Source: Rebecca billardiae RCC1528
Taxonomy: Eukaryota; Protista; Haptophyta
NCBI GenBank assembly: GCA_965240325.2
Contig: OZ251228.1
Span: 1,116,001 to 1,180,000 of the forward strand
Direction: 5' to 3'
DNA length: 64,000 nucleotides
This document shows, piece by piece, positions 23,557 to 37,152 of the stretch. Position numbers and translations under genes: made by a program. Position 1 is the stretch's first letter; each line of letters opens with the position of its first letter. The notes under the pieces are model-generated. The model had not been told where the DNA came from, searched no databases, and saw nothing but the letters and a program-made list of their open reading frames with translations.

Positions 23557-26288
23557 ATGGCGGCCCCTCGCCCTTCGGAGCAGGCGCGCGACGTCAACGA
23601 CGCATCACTCGATTCACTCGCAAACCGCGCCACAGCTGTCGCTGCCACCATGATGCCTATGCTGGCGACGGTGCCCAAGCAGCCTGTCGCGCGAGTTGCG
23701 GCCGCGCCGATGACCGTGCTCCTCGGCGTGCGCCTCCTCGTCGAGCAGGCGATCCGGCGTCTGGACGATGCGGACGGCAAGCTTGCAACGATCATCCTCG
23801 ACTTCTGCGCTCGCCGCAAGTTGCTCTCCTTGGCGGTCTTCCTGACGTTTGGCGTGCTCGTCGACTTCCCGCAGGATGAGCACCGCGTGACAGCTGACTA
23901 CCACAAGATCCGAGACCTCTTCTACGTGGGCGAGAAAGGGCGGACACCGGCGTGGGCCAGGCGTCTCGTGACGCCCCTCGTGAAGGCGGCCATGAAGACG
24001 GGCGGCACCGAGGACGACCATGAGACGGCGCGAGCGGTCCTCGTCGAGCTGAGCGCGAGCGGGTTGCAGGCGGCGTTGCTGCAACATGGGCTCATCGTCA
24101 CGTCCACCAACTCGGGCGGCCGCGACGAGCCCGCAGTGCAAGTGGCCGAGCGCGTCGTGCTCGAGGTCGCGAGGACCATGCACCAGCTGCTCCCGATCAT
24201 GAGACTCGACCACCCTCGCGCGCCGCTCGGCGTGCTCAACCAAGAGATCGGCGTGCTCGACCACGAGATCGGCGTGCTCAACCACGAGATCGGCGGCGCC
24301 GTTGATTTCGCGGGTGGCTCGCACCTCGTGCTGCATCAGCAGCAGGCGCCAAGCAAGGCCTGCGAGCCGCCGACGATCTACATCCCGGGCGTCCGCAATC
24401 GCGCGCACGACGCCTCGATCAACATCGTCACACTCCGCGCCCGCGAGCGCCGGGTCGACGTGCCAGTGGTGGTGCTTGCCTTTCAGCAGCAGATGCAGCA
24501 GCGGAGGCCGGCGCTGCAGAACACGGAGGAAGAGGACGCGCAGTTGCTGCCGCAGCAATCGCGCTTTGCCGCCGTCGGAGGCGAAGAGGGCCTGCTCGCC
24601 GCCGACGAGGCCCAGCCGCCCGCCAACGCGACGCTGCGCGACGCATCGCTCAAGGCGGAGGCGAGCTCGCCATCACCGTCGTCAGACGGGTCGTCGACAG
24701 GCGATTCACTGCCCGGCGACATCGAGCGCATGCCGGGCTTCACCGAGGAGCTGCCGGGCGGCGCGGCGGCGCCGCTGCATCATGCGCCGCCCGAGGACGC
24801 GACCGACGTCCCGCCCGAAGGCATCGATGGCGAGCTGACCATCAAGAGCGACGCGGCTCGCGTGGCCATCTTGCTGCACAAGATCGAAGTCGGCGCGGTA
24901 TGCGCGAGCACGATGGCTGCGCGCGCCCACGCGACGAACGCGATCCGCTCGCGCGTCGTGTGACTCACCGTCTCTCCCAGCACGCACCTCGTGCTCGTCC
25001 ATGCGCGCGTGCGCAGGGGGGCTTCCGCGCACCGGACGATTTGGTGTTCATCAATGGCGGCGCCGCGAGCGTGCCAAACATCGGCCTCCTCTGCTCGTAT
25101 CGCGATCTCATGACGCGCGAGTTGGACTTGGAGGGTAAGGACGACGCCAGTCAGGGCATCGTGGCCGCGATCCGCAACCGCGTGCACCTGGCGCATGGAA
25201 TCGCGATGCACCTGCCGCCTCAGTGGTCGCTCGTGCGACAGCTCGGCGATTTCGGCGAACTCAGCGACACCGTGCTCGGCAAGGGAGCACAGGGCACGGT
25301 GTTCAAGCTCGTGGGCAAGAACGGCGAAATGTACGCGGTCAAGATGTTCACGTGGCAACAGCTGTTCAAGCGCCACGTCGCCAAGCTCGTGCAAACGGAG
25401 CTGCTCACGCTCATCGCGCTCCGCGGCCGCGAGCACATCAACCAGAGTGAGTGCGCGCGGCTCACCCCGGCGGGCGCGCTTCCGCGCCGCCTTCGTTCGC
25501 GCGCCGCCGGCCCTCTCGATGGTGGGCGTGCACCGTCTGCTGTCTGCAGCCCGCACTGCGCCGCGCCGGTGCGCCTCTCACCGCGATGCGCGTTGTGCGC
25601 GCCCATCCGTCCATGCTGTGCGTGCCGGGCCCACCGATCGAATCACGCGAATGCCGCCTGTCTGCCGTTTGCTCGCGCAGTCGCAGGCGTCTGCTGCGAC
25701 TCTGACGGCTTGCACATCGTTCTCCAGTACGGAGAGAAAGGCAACCTCGCCGAATGGCTCGCCGAGAAGGGCGGGTATCTGGACGAGCTGCTGGTCGCCA
25801 AGTTCGTCGCGCAGCTCGCCAAAGGCTTGACGGAGATGCACAGCGCGCAGCTGATTCACCGCGACCTCAAGGCTGAGAACATCCTGGTCACGGAGATTGA
25901 CCGCCAGCCCTACCTCTTGATCGCCGATTTCGGCATCGCCAAGGCGACGAACCAGGGCGCCACTCGCATCGGCACCCTCGAGACCATGGCGCCAGAGATG
26001 CTTTCGGCGTCGTCGGTGGGCTACAACCAGAGCGCCGACGTGTGGGCGATGGGCGTGATCACGTGCCAGCTGCTCACCGGCAAGATGCCGCAGACCGATC
26101 TGCACACGTCGACGGTCACTCTGCCGCAGGTGATCGGTGGTGTGCACGACGTCGGGCAGCTCGCATCGGGGCTCGTCAAGGACATGCTCGCCTTCAACCC
26201 GTCGGCTCGGCCGACGGCGCTCCATATCCTCGCCCGCGCCCTGGCCTGGCAGGTCAAACTCATGACGAAGAAGCAGCCCCAACCGTAA
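23557..26288 (+). CDS. Ser/Thr protein kinase, second full copy; exons 23557-24897, 25017-25446, 25681-26288
   Basis: ORF translations identical to 10607-13338. Confidence 0.88.
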
Positions 26289-29268
26289 CTTGCGCGTCAT
26301 CGCGCTGCGCGCTGCTGCCACTTACGAGCCGCGACGCGCGTGTCGGCAAATGCGCCATCAAGTGCTGGCGAACCTTCCGGCCGCCTCACCCCCACCCAAC
26401 ACCCCCTCGTCATCCATGACCATGAGTACCAGCTATACGCTACTGCACGCATCATGCATGTCGTCGCATCTTGCCGCCGCCAGTGTGGTGACTGACGAGT
26501 CTCGTCGAGCGTCGTCTTACAGTTACTTTAAAAATAACTTATAAAACTGTGCCCTGGCGGGCGGGGGGTTCGGCGGGCCGTGCCAGTGCTGTCGCAATGT
26601 TTCCTCTGCGGGTTCGCGTCTTTCCACAGCATTCGCTCGTGGCCGTGGGTGACGGACAGTCGGACCAGTGACACCTGTGAAGTTCTCCCACGCGGTGCGG
26701 TACGCGTCCGCGCGCATCAGCGAGGCCCACACCCGCGAGGGAATGTGCAGCACGCGGGGCGGGGCGGGTAGCCCGTTGCTCCGCGCGAGCGCGGGTACGC
26801 GCTGTATGTGCCGCATCTCGACCGCGATGGCGTAATCGAGCGCCTCGCCACCGACGAAGCCGCCCGAGTGGATCGTGTGCATGTCCTCCTGCCGCCAGCC
26901 GAGAGCGGTCGTCGCGAGGACGCTTGCCGATGTCCGCTCCGGGCATGATGGGCTCGGCGCAGGTCGCGCTGACGTCGTACACGGCCGCCACGCTGAGCAC
27001 GAGCGCGTTGACGTTCACACGGTCGTCGCTCTTCGCCTCTTCGACAGGTCTGGCACCCGCGTGTTTGGCGTCACGAGGAGCTGTTGGTTGTGCGCGCGTG
27101 CGCGCACAGCGACAGCGTGTGCCACTCGCGATCGAGAGTGAGCATGAGCTGCTCATGCAAGCATAAGAATCGCAGCGCATCCGTCACCGGCGTGACGACG
27201 TCCGCCTCGTCCCGCAGCGCCTGCGCCATGGACGAGGATGGCGCGTCGATGTTGCATGCTCGACGATTCATCTCTCTGCGGATGGCGCGGCGAGGGTCGC
27301 CAACTCGCGAAGACGCGGTTGCTGCCACGGCGACAGACCCGAGAGGTGCGTCCGCTGCGCGTCGTGCGCCGTTGGCGCTGCGCTTCCGTCGCATTGGTCA
27401 CCGTCGACGCCATGCACGCCGGACGTGGGCTTTCGGCTGAGGGACCGCGACCGACGACAGTCCGGCGCGCGGATTCCGGCGATCAAGTTCAGAAGGCGGC
27501 CGCGCCAATCTTGCGTCGCGCGGGCGAGACACCTCCACCGAGCCTGACGCGCGGCGGTGGGTCGCGCGAGTTGGTTGTCGTGCGCAGCGCTTGATACTAT
27601 GGCCCTTGCGAGCGCTCGACGTGCAAGTCGGGCGAGGGCCGCCCCAGGTCGCACGATCGTGTCGACGCGCCGAGCGTACCTCCAAACGCGTCGACTTTGG
27701 CCCACGTTCGACCTGCACGCGAGACGACGAGGGGAGCAAGCGCGAATCGGGCGAAAACACGTCTCGGGAATCCTCGCGCGATGTCCGCGCCGGCGTTGGA
27801 TTTGGCGCGCGCGGCCCACGCGCTCCGCGCCACCCGGTACTGTGTTTTCGGCCGAGCGTCCCCAGTCCGAGTGGTCAGGAGCTGCCCGGTAGTGAGCGAA
27901 GCGATTTTCTTTTCTTTGCGAGGCGCGATTTTCTTTTATTTCTTTTCTTTTCTTTTCTTTTCCCCCGGCACTACAAGGGGCGGACCTACGCCTACGGCCC
28001 GCCATAACTACAGTGCCCTCAACAGTTGGTTACTGAATACTGCGTACCCTTGTGTTTGGCTGTCTATACGACCAGGTTACTGTAACTACCCTGACTTGTG
28101 ACTGTGTTTGGCTGTCTATATACCTAAGCTCAGTCACTGCCTTTATTGAGGCCCACTGCTGTCAAATGCTACTATCTGCTACTCGATCTTACTGTCACAC
28201 TCCTATATAGCCCTTACTGAGACCAGGTCACTGACTGCCAGGTGGGTACTGTATGAGCTGGGCGGGTGTGTCACTGCCAATGCTGTGTGGGCTGAGTCAG
28301 TCAGAGAAATGGAGTGCAGGTGCACAGCCGGCTGACAGGTGCTGCGCGGGGGTGCTGGACCACCACGAGGGCAGGCAGGGATCGGGGAATTCACCCCGCC
28401 TGAGCAGGCTGTGGGCTGGCTGGCTGGGAGTGTAGCAGCTGTATAGTGGGCCCTGGCGCTGCAGCTGGATGGCCTTTGATACTGCCTAGCACTGTGGCAC
28501 TGAGTAGCACTCGGCCAGCCTAGCAGTACAGCCTGGCGTGAGGCAGTGCAGTCAGCAGTGTCAGTGCACAGGCCACGTCTCTGCGGGTGGTGGTCGGGGA
28601 ATGGCCACCACAGTGCACCAGATGCACCTAGCCTGCCAGCGGCCCACCTGCTGATAGGGTATGCCCTGTCGCACAGCACACAAGGCTCCGCCGAAAATCA
28701 GCGGCGCGCTGTGCTACAAGCTGGGCTGAAAGAGGTGTGGGAGCCAGCCGAGAGCCTGTCGGCCACGGTCACGTCCGAGCTGGCCGGCTTCACGTGCTGC
28801 CCAGAGGAGTCCTCCAATGGTCACCCACCCGGCTGAAGTCATGATGGGTGGGTGCAGCTCGACCGAATGGAGAGTGCTGGGGCCGCAGGTGCCCGTCATG
28901 CAAGCCTAGGCGGCCAGGAGAAGGTGTGATGTGCAGGTGTGCTCTCCGACGCTGCCATGGCCCGCCATGGGCGCCACAGGGGCGCAGTGGCGGGGCTGAC
29001 GACGCGCGCGCGTGTGCACGTCTGAGTCGCACGGAGTGCGCGCTGCAATGACTGGCCCGTCTGCAGCACCACGCCCGTCGCCCCGCGTGGCCCGGACTGG
29101 CGACCAGGCCCTTGGTCCCGGACTGGCGACCAAGTTTTGTGACTTTTGTCCCCTCCCCCCCATATAGATGTAAGTTAGGAGCCTTAATGGTTCGCTGCGC
29201 TTATCTGGCGGCTGCGCAATCTCGTATGATCGAATATTTACAGCAAATGGCGCAGATTCGTTCATGAC

Positions 29269-29380
<112 letters not shown>

Positions 29381-29542
29381 CTGACCAATATTGACGGCGG
29401 CCACGCTTACTTATTGACTCAGCACGTCCGCGGGCTCGGTTTTAATCCGACGTAATATAATAGACAGCGCTCTAGTAGTCACCCGCCCTCGGAAGATCGA
29501 AACTCACCCTCCAACAGCCCTCAAAATCGTCTGACCCCGTCC

Positions 29543-32500
29543 GAGGCCACTCCACCGAAATCGTGCCCGTCCCGGGCTAGCCGCTCCACTGGCGTCCCGG
29601 GCTAGGCCCGGGACGCTCCGAGCGCGTCCCGGGCTAGCTGGCGCAGCGGGAGATAGTATTGAGCTCATAGGCGATGCCGCCGCGCCGCGTGCGCGCGCTC
29701 CGTCTCGCGCTGGCTGCGGCCGGGAGCGCGCGCGGCAAGCCGGCGCGTGCGGTCGGGCACCGGCGCTGAGGTATAGTGTGCCCATCCGCGCCCTCGGCTT
29801 GTGTCTGCGCGCCCTCCTCCGCCGCTGCAGGGCGCGCGTGTGGTCGCGCTGCCTCGCTCCCTGGGCGCACCGAAAGCGCGAGCGCGCAACGGGCCACATG
29901 TGGCGTGTCGGACCCAACGCGTGCTCGCCTGGCGTGGGCTTTGGGTTCGTCATGGCCCTGGTCACGCGCGACGCCGGCCGTGCCCAGCCTTCTGACCGCG
30001 CGCAGCGCGCGTAGCACTGGCAGTCCCAGCTGCAGTCGAGCTGACCCGTCGGGGCTCGGCGGCACCCAGCCACTGGTAGGCGGCCGTGATCAGTCCACAC
30101 GTGAGTTAGACGGCGGCTACACATCAGGCAGGTCGCGCTCTGCCGCGTGCAGGACGGTTGCACAGCCACAAGTGCCCCCGCGATCGCGGCGCGCTCAGGT
30201 ACGAACAAGAGCGCAGTATTTAGTGATGTTGCATGCGCGCCGCCGGCAGGTGGCGAGCTGGGCCGTGCTGGTCGGTGTGGCTGGCGGGCGCGCTCGCGTG
30301 CGTGGCATGAGCGAGCGCGCCGCCGCCTCGCCTGCCGCCCACGTCGCGCGCCGCGCGGCCGCGCGGCCTACGTCGCTTCGGCGCTCGCGCGGCCGGCAGC
30401 TCCCGATGGCAGCGTGGCCGGAAGGCGGCACCGGCGCCGCACTGCGCTTGGCTGGCAAATACGCTGCAGTATTCATACAGCATCTTGGCATACGGAGCAG
30501 CTAGCTGCAAAGTAGGGCATGGTCACTGCCGTTGCCATGCCATCAAGCCGTGAGCGCGCAGCAGCGGCATGAGCATCACCGCATGACGAGATGGATGCAC
30601 AGCAGCACAGCTACTGTCTACTTTGGCCCTGGCTGGCGGTGACCGGGTGCGTGCCCAGAGCATGTCGGCTGAGACTGGAACAGCGCTGCATCGTGGTGTA
30701 CCAGTGTCCGGAGGCCACCGTAGATGAGCGGAAGTTGGCTCACACCGGGTGACGAGCCTGTCACGCACAGCCCCAGGCCCTGGCCATCAGCGCGCGCATA
30801 CTGTAGCCGTGGCTCGGCCTTGTCATTGGCTAGCGTATCGTACTTGGCAGCCGCCGAGCACCTCCGAGCACTGAGCTGCGTGTTGCGCCGTGATTTGTGG
30901 ATGATGCGTGATGGCATCGTCGCACCACGCGTGTACCCTTGCATGGACCCGCCAGATGGGTGCTGCTCCGGCAGCCCCAGCCCATGACAACTCGGCACGA
31001 ATGTGCGCATTCGAGGCCTCATCAGGGACTGCTGTATATTCAGTCAGGACTCGCTTGACGCTCCTAAGTAAAGCGCTTTCATCCGGGCTCTTCATCATTG
31101 CCTCCGTCGATTCAACGGACGCCGTGGGCGTGGCAGGTGCCAACGTCACAACTGACGCCACCTTAAGCACCATCCCACTTCGCTTAGGGCGTGTGCCTAT
31201 GCGACAGCATCCAGTCGTCTTATGCGTGCGCACGCAGCCGCTCGCAAGCCGAGGCGGTGCCGCTCGCTGAGCGTGTGCAGCGTTCGAGCTACGCACCTCG
31301 GTTGTGGCCGACTCTGGCGCAAGTGCAGGCTGCCGTACGCCACTGGGTCTCCGCAACACGGGCAAGAGGGTCGACGCAACATCTCGGTGCGTGCGCATAC
31401 CTTCTGCTCACGTATCCTGTGATTTGTGACCAGCCATGGGCACTGTCCATCTACCGAGCCCGCAGGGTGAGGTCGCGGACGACAGTCAGCCTGCTGAGCT
31501 GTTATTGTACCACCCCAGAATCCGTGAGCGCTGCCGGACATCAAGATACGAGGAGACACGTGGCATGCGGGCACTCATCGACGCAAGACCGCCGGCATCA
31601 ACCTCTTCACCCGCCGCCCCGCTCGCGAACTAGTAAGGACCAGTTCTTCAGCTGGCCCACGGCAGCCACTGTGTCCGATGTCCACTGGAGCTGCCGGCCG
31701 CGCGAGCGCCGAAGCGACGTAGGCCGCGCGGCCGCGCAGCCGCGCGGCGCGCGACGTGGGCGGCAGGCGAGGCGGCGGCGCGCTCGCTCATGCCACGCAC
31801 ACGAGCGCGCCCGCCAGCCACACCGACCAGCACGGCCCAGCTCGCCACCTGCCGGCGGCGCGCATGCAACATCAAAATACTGCGCTCTTGTTCGTACCTG
31901 AGCGCGCCGCGATCGCGGGGGCACTTGTGGCTGTGCATCCGCCCTGCACGCGGCAGAGCGCGACCTGCCTGATGTGTAGCCGCCGTCTAACTCACGCGTG
32001 GACTGATCACGGCCGCCTACCAGTGGCTGGGTGCCGCCGAGCCCCGACGGGTCAGCTCGACTGCAGCTGGGACTGCCAGTGCTACGCGCGCTGCGCGCGG
32101 TCAGAAGGCTGGGCACGGCCGGCGTCGCGCGTGACCAGGGCCATGACGAACCCAAAGCCCACGCCAGGCGAGCACGCGTTGGGTCCGACACGCCACATGT
32201 GGCCCGTTGCGCGCTCGCGCTTTCGGTGCGCCCAGGGAGCGAGGCAGCGCGACCACACGCGCGCCCTGCAGCGGCGGAGGAGGGCGCGCAGACACAAGCC
32301 GAGGGCGCGGATGGGCACACTATACCTCAGCGCCGGTGCCCGACCGCACGCGCCGGCTTGCCGCGCGCGCTCCCGGCCGCAGCCAGCGCGAGACGGAGCG
32401 CGCGCACGCGGCGCGGCGGCATCGCCTATGAGCTCAATACTATCTCCCGCTGCGCCAGCTAGCCCGGGACGCGCTCGGAGCGTCCCGGGCCTAGCCCGGG

Positions 32501-32553
32501 ACGCCAGTGGAGCGGCTAGCCCGGGACGGGCACGATTTCGGTGGAGTGGCCTC
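29543..32553. mobile_element. Foldback transposon, third array copy
   Basis: Same as 3643-6653 at +25,900. Confidence 0.88.
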
Positions 32554-33533
32554 CGTCCCCGCCTTTTCCGTTTGATCAAAAGATAACGTCTGAGGTCATA
32601 TGGGTTCAAACCCAGTTTCCAGGTCTCTCTTCGGAGAGTGTGCGATGAAGGATGGAGCGGCAACCTGCCACCGTGAGCCTTACGCACGTTAAAACAAATA
32701 TAAACTGTATATATATATATATATAGTACCCCTCAGGTTTAAGCGTTCGCTTCGCTGGCTACGTGATTGCACGCCCGCTCACGCCGTGACGAGCGCCCCA
32801 TGGCGGCTCTCTCGCTCGTGGCGCACGGTCGGGGAGCACCCGCGTCTGCGCAGACACACGGCTCGCCCGCAAGTGTGCTGTGTCGCGCACGCGCGCGCTC
32901 GCGCGGCCGGCCATCGCGCACAGACCTGACTGGTCTCACATGCACCAGCATGGTCGTGCACGCACAGCGCCGCTCCGCGCACGCAATAAATTCGAGCGTG
33001 GTGCGCATGCACGTACACTCTGTGTCCCTGGTCCACACACAGCGTGTGAGCTCGTGCTTTGACCACGTGCAGGCGCACCACAGACTTTCGCGCAGCTGCC
33101 GCGCCGGGTCGTGCCAGCGGCTCGACAGGCTCAGCTCGTGGGCAGCGCTCGCTCGATTGCATGCTCCTGCCGCGCAGGGTGCCCAGCTTGCTGCGCTCGG
33201 TGTGTACTGGCGCGCTCGGACGGCACCCCGCGTACGCCTCGGGCCACGCGTGGGAGCCTAGCTCCACGCACGGAGGACTCGCAGGCGCAGGCCGGCGGCT
33301 GCCTCACACGGCTTGGTCGGGAGGCCGCCGCGCGGCTACCGTCGAGCTCGCCGATCGGCTGCACCTACTTTCAGCGCACGCTACCGCCGCCTCGCGCACG
33401 ACACGGCAAGGTTGAACACGTGACTGTGGGCGGGCATCAGCCCCAAGTACGCAGCCATCAGCACCACGGCCTTCACCTTCAGCGCCGACGATAGAGCCGC
33501 CGCTTGATTTTATCGCTTTAAAAACTTGAGGGC

Positions 33534-33568
<35 letters not shown>

Positions 33569-33666
33569 TAGATCTTTATTATATATTATTTCGACAGCGT
33601 AGTGAGGGCCCCCGGCGGGGCTCCACGCTACGCGCTCCGCCCTGCTCCGCGGGCCATAACAACCTG

Positions 33667-36600
33667 CTACACCACATGCACTACCGCCGCCTCCGCCTGC
33701 ACGGCTTCCAGAACGCCCACGTCCTCTGCGAGCGCGCGCATCAGCAGGCGGAACGTCGGCAGGTCGGTCGCGTCCGCGTGCTCGGCGGCGAGCATCCCGC
33801 ACAGCGCGTCGCGCTGCGCCGCGTCCACGTGTGCGCACAGCGCCAGCGCATCGCGCGCCAGCTCGAGGGGCGCGACGCCGCCGCCCGCGCCGGCGCGCCC
33901 GTTGTCCACGACAAGAGCGTGCAGCGCGCCGATAGCCTCGTCGCGCACGCCCGCGTGCGCCGGATCGACGAGCGCGCGGAGCAGCGCGTCCGCAACCACG
34001 GGCCGCGCAGTCACGCACTCTGGATGGGCGCGCAGCCGACCGCGCGTCGCCTCGTCCGCGCGCACCAGCCGCTCCGCCGCCGAGCGAAACGCGGCGCGCG
34101 CGCCCGGCCGCGCGAGCGCGTGCGCGTACGCGCCGACGAGCGCGCGCACCGCGCCCGGCGTCGCCTCGAGCTCGCGCCAGCGCTCGCGCACGAGCACGTC
34201 GAGCACGCGATGGTACCGCGGCGCCGACGCGCGCCGGCTGGCGCCCGACTCGAGCCGCGCCGCGCACAGCTGCAGCGCGGCCGCCCAGTGCGCGCGCGAG
34301 CCGCCGACCATCGCGAGCAGCCGCAGCAGCAGGCGCTCGAGGGCGGCGCCGGCGCGCTCGCTGCCCGGCCCGCCTGCCGTGCGCACCGGCCGCGCGGCGT
34401 ACGCCACGAGCTCGTCGAGCAGCGGCGTGAGCGCACCCAGCGCGCCGCCCGCCGCGCCGCGCGCGCCTGCCGGCGCGGCCGCGAGCGCGAGCGCGAGACC
34501 TGCAAGCGCGCCGAGCGCACGCGCGCACGCCTCGCGCGCGGCGGGGTCAGTGGCGCGCTCGTCGACGCTCGCGTAGTGCCGGATCAGCGCGGCTGCGACG
34601 GGCAGCAGCGGCTCCAACGCGCCGTGCGCCGCGTCCACCGCCGCGCGCGCCAGCCCATGCGACGCGCGCACCAGCGCCGTGAGCGCGCGCGCCCCAGCCG
34701 CGACCTCGCGCGCCGCTGCCGCCTCGCCCGCGCCCGACGGCGGCGGCCACGCTCCCGGCGTGAGCGCGTCGGCGCGCGGCGTGCCCGCTGCGTCGAGCAG
34801 GCCGCACGCATGCCACTGGGCTGCCGCCACGCGCACGAGCACGCCGACCGCACCCGCGCCCCACTCCGCCGCGCCGTGCGCGCGGCCGGCGGCGTGCGCG
34901 GCCGCTCGGAGTGCGAACAAGCTCAGAGCGCCGCACATCGGCGCACGGCCACGAGCGGGCAGCGCGCGAACGAGTGCGTGCGCGTCGGCAGCGAGCGCGT
35001 GCACGGCCGAGCGCACGCTCGCGTGCGCCTCGCGCACGCCGTCTGCCGCCCACGCCTCGGCCGGCACCGCGCTCGCGAACGCGCGAACCAGGGCCGCGGC
35101 CGCGCCGCCGAGCGCGGCCGCGGCCGCCCGCCCGTCGGCCGACGCCGCATCCGCTGCTGCTGCGTGCGCCGCGCCCAGCGCGCCGACGATGAGCTGGGCG
35201 GCCTCGGCCTCGGCGGCGACGTCGGCGCGCGAGGCCTCAGCCACGTGCGCGAGCGGCCTCGCCAGCGCGGGCGCGAGCGCGCGCAGCAGCAGCAGCAGCC
35301 CAACGCGGGCGCACGCGCCATCGCGAGCTCGCGGCGGCGGCGGCAGCGGCGACAAGGCTCGCGCCGCGCTCAGCGCCGCGCGCGCGAGCTCCAAGGCGAG
35401 CTGGCGCCCTCCGCCCGCGCACGCATCGAGCGCGCCGACCGCCTGGCACGCCACCGGGCACAGCGCCGCAAGCGCGAGCAGCTCGTCCCCGCCCTCCGCC
35501 GCACCGCCCGCACCGAGCGGCGCGCACAGCTCAGCGACGCGCGCGCTCACAGCCGCCACGGCCGCATCCGGCCACAGGGCGAGCACGCCGCCCACAATGT
35601 CAGCCTCCGTGTGCGCGTCGACGAGCGCGGCCCGCGCTGCGGGCTCGGCTGCGTCATCCTCGTCGCTCTCGCCGCTGCTATCCACTGCGCCGATCGCCTC
35701 CGCCGCCGCGCCGCCGCCGCCACCGCCGTCGAGGTTGTCATCGTCATCGTCAGCGCCCTCATCCGCGGACGCTGCGGAGGCGCCGCTGTCATCGTCGGCG
35801 TCAGCGTCGGCGTCGGCAGGGCCCGGGCCCGCGGCAGCCTGCGCCCCACGCCGGCTGGGGGAGGGCCCGCGCAGCAGCCCGTCGGCCAGCACGCGCGCCG
35901 CCACGCGCCTCCGCTCGAGCACGTGCCGCAGCAGCTCCCCGTGGCCCGGACCGAAGGCGGCGCAGAATTCGTCACGGCTGAGTCCGAGCGGTCTCGCGCG
36001 CGTGCCCTCCTCGCGCACGCACGCGCCCAGCCCGTCGAGCAGCGTGGCCCACGCGCGGTAGCACGCGCGCGCGGCGGCGCGGGTGCCAGGGGCACACGTA
36101 AGCGCGAGCAGCGCGCCGAGCAGCGCGCCTGCCTCGTCGCTGTACGGCACTGTCGCTGCGCCGCCGATCCGAGGCAGCACGTGCGCACACATGGCCTGCG
36201 CGCACTCTGCGAGCGCGCGCGCCTCCGCCGTCGCTCCCTCGGCGCGACGCGCCTCGGCGGGTGACGCGGCCGCGCGGCGGAGCGCCTGCTCGAGGTGTGC
36301 CAGCGCCGGCACGAACAGGCTCGCCGCGTCCGCCGCGCGCACGTTGCGCTCGAAGAGCGTGCGCGCGCACGCGAGCGCGCGGGCGCGATGAGCCGCGCTC
36401 GGCGCTGCAAAGCGCGCGCACAGCGCTGGCACGAGCTGGGGCGGGACGGACTGCGCGCTGACGGGGAGCCACTGGGCGCACGTACTGAGCGTGTCGAGTG
36501 CGTCGGCCTCAACACCCACGCCACCGCCACCTCCGTCATCCGCCCCGGCCGCCGCCGCGAGCGCATCCGCCGCATGCGCAAACACGGCGGGCGCAGCAGC

Positions 36601-37152
36601 CGACAGGCCGCGCGCGAGCAGGCGGCGGCGCGAGCTGAGCACCGTGGCGCGAGAGGGGTCGAGGCTCTCGTGGACGAGCAGCTCAATCAGCCGAAGGCCA
36701 AGGGCGCGCGTCGGCGGTGAGCGCACCGCCGCGAGCAAGTCGTCGAGAAACGAAGGAGCGGCGTCCGGCCACAGCTGCCGGCCGGCGCGCACGTACACCT
36801 GGCATAGCTTGCGGTTGACGCCGGATGGCCAGGCGGCGGCGTGCGTGAAGAGGAGCTCGCGCAGCACCGTGAGCGTCTCGAGCTGCTCCGCGTGCGCCAG
36901 CCCGTGCCAGCGCGCCAGCACGAGCCGGTCGAGCACGAGCGCGCAGAACCACAGCACCAGTTGGCCCGCGGCGGCGGGCTCGCGCAGCGCGGCGACGGCG
37001 ACGGCGACGTTGGCCGGCTCGTCGCGAAAGCGCACGAGCTCGGTCTCAAGCTGCTGTCGCCGCGACGGGTCGGTCCCATCGCCCCCGTAGTACTGCGCCA
37101 GCGCGTGCTGAAGCTCGTGCAGCACGCGGCGGTGATCATGACCGTGCGCCAT
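33667..37152 (-). CDS. XPO6: Exportin-6-like karyopherin-beta (1161 aa, apparently intronless)
   Basis: Importin-beta N-terminal pattern; RKLCQVYVRAGRQLWP and VRSPPTRALGL...DPSR parallel XPO6 NKLCKVIVDIGRQDWP and IQSPVTTPLGL...CPRE; C-terminal DLPTF...LAED parallels DLPSF...LVND (recalled sequence). Confidence 0.8.
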   Translation of the reverse strand: MAHGHDHRRVLHELQHALAQYYGGDGTDPSRRQQLETELVRFRDEPANVAVAVAALREPAAAGQLVLWFCALVLDRLVLARWHGLAHAEQLETLTVLRELLFTHAAAWPSGVNRKLCQVYVRAGRQLWPDAAPSFLDDLLAAVRSPPTRALGLRLIELLVHESLDPSRATVLSSRRRLLARGLSAAAPAVFAHAADALAAAAGADDGGGGGVGVEADALDTLSTCAQWLPVSAQSVPPQLVPALCARFAAPSAAHRARALACARTLFERNVRAADAASLFVPALAHLEQALRRAAASPAEARRAEGATAEARALAECAQAMCAHVLPRIGGAATVPYSDEAGALLGALLALTCAPGTRAAARACYRAWATLLDGLGACVREEGTRARPLGLSRDEFCAAFGPGHGELLRHVLERRRVAARVLADGLLRGPSPSRRGAQAAAGPGPADADADADDDSGASAASADEGADDDDDNLDGGGGGGAAAEAIGAVDSSGESDEDDAAEPAARAALVDAHTEADIVGGVLALWPDAAVAAVSARVAELCAPLGAGGAAEGGDELLALAALCPVACQAVGALDACAGGGRQLALELARAALSAARALSPLPPPPRARDGACARVGLLLLLRALAPALARPLAHVAEASRADVAAEAEAAQLIVGALGAAHAAAADAASADGRAAAAALGGAAAALVRAFASAVPAEAWAADGVREAHASVRSAVHALAADAHALVRALPARGRAPMCGALSLFALRAAAHAAGRAHGAAEWGAGAVGVLVRVAAAQWHACGLLDAAGTPRADALTPGAWPPPSGAGEAAAAREVAAGARALTALVRASHGLARAAVDAAHGALEPLLPVAAALIRHYASVDERATDPAAREACARALGALAGLALALAAAPAGARGAAGGALGALTPLLDELVAYAARPVRTAGGPGSERAGAALERLLLRLLAMVGGSRAHWAAALQLCAARLESGASRRASAPRYHRVLDVLVRERWRELEATPGAVRALVGAYAHALARPGARAAFRSAAERLVRADEATRGRLRAHPECVTARPVVADALLRALVDPAHAGVRDEAIGALHALVVDNGRAGAGGGVAPLELARDALALCAHVDAAQRDALCGMLAAEHADATDLPTFRLLMRALAEDVGVLEAVQAEAAVVHVV

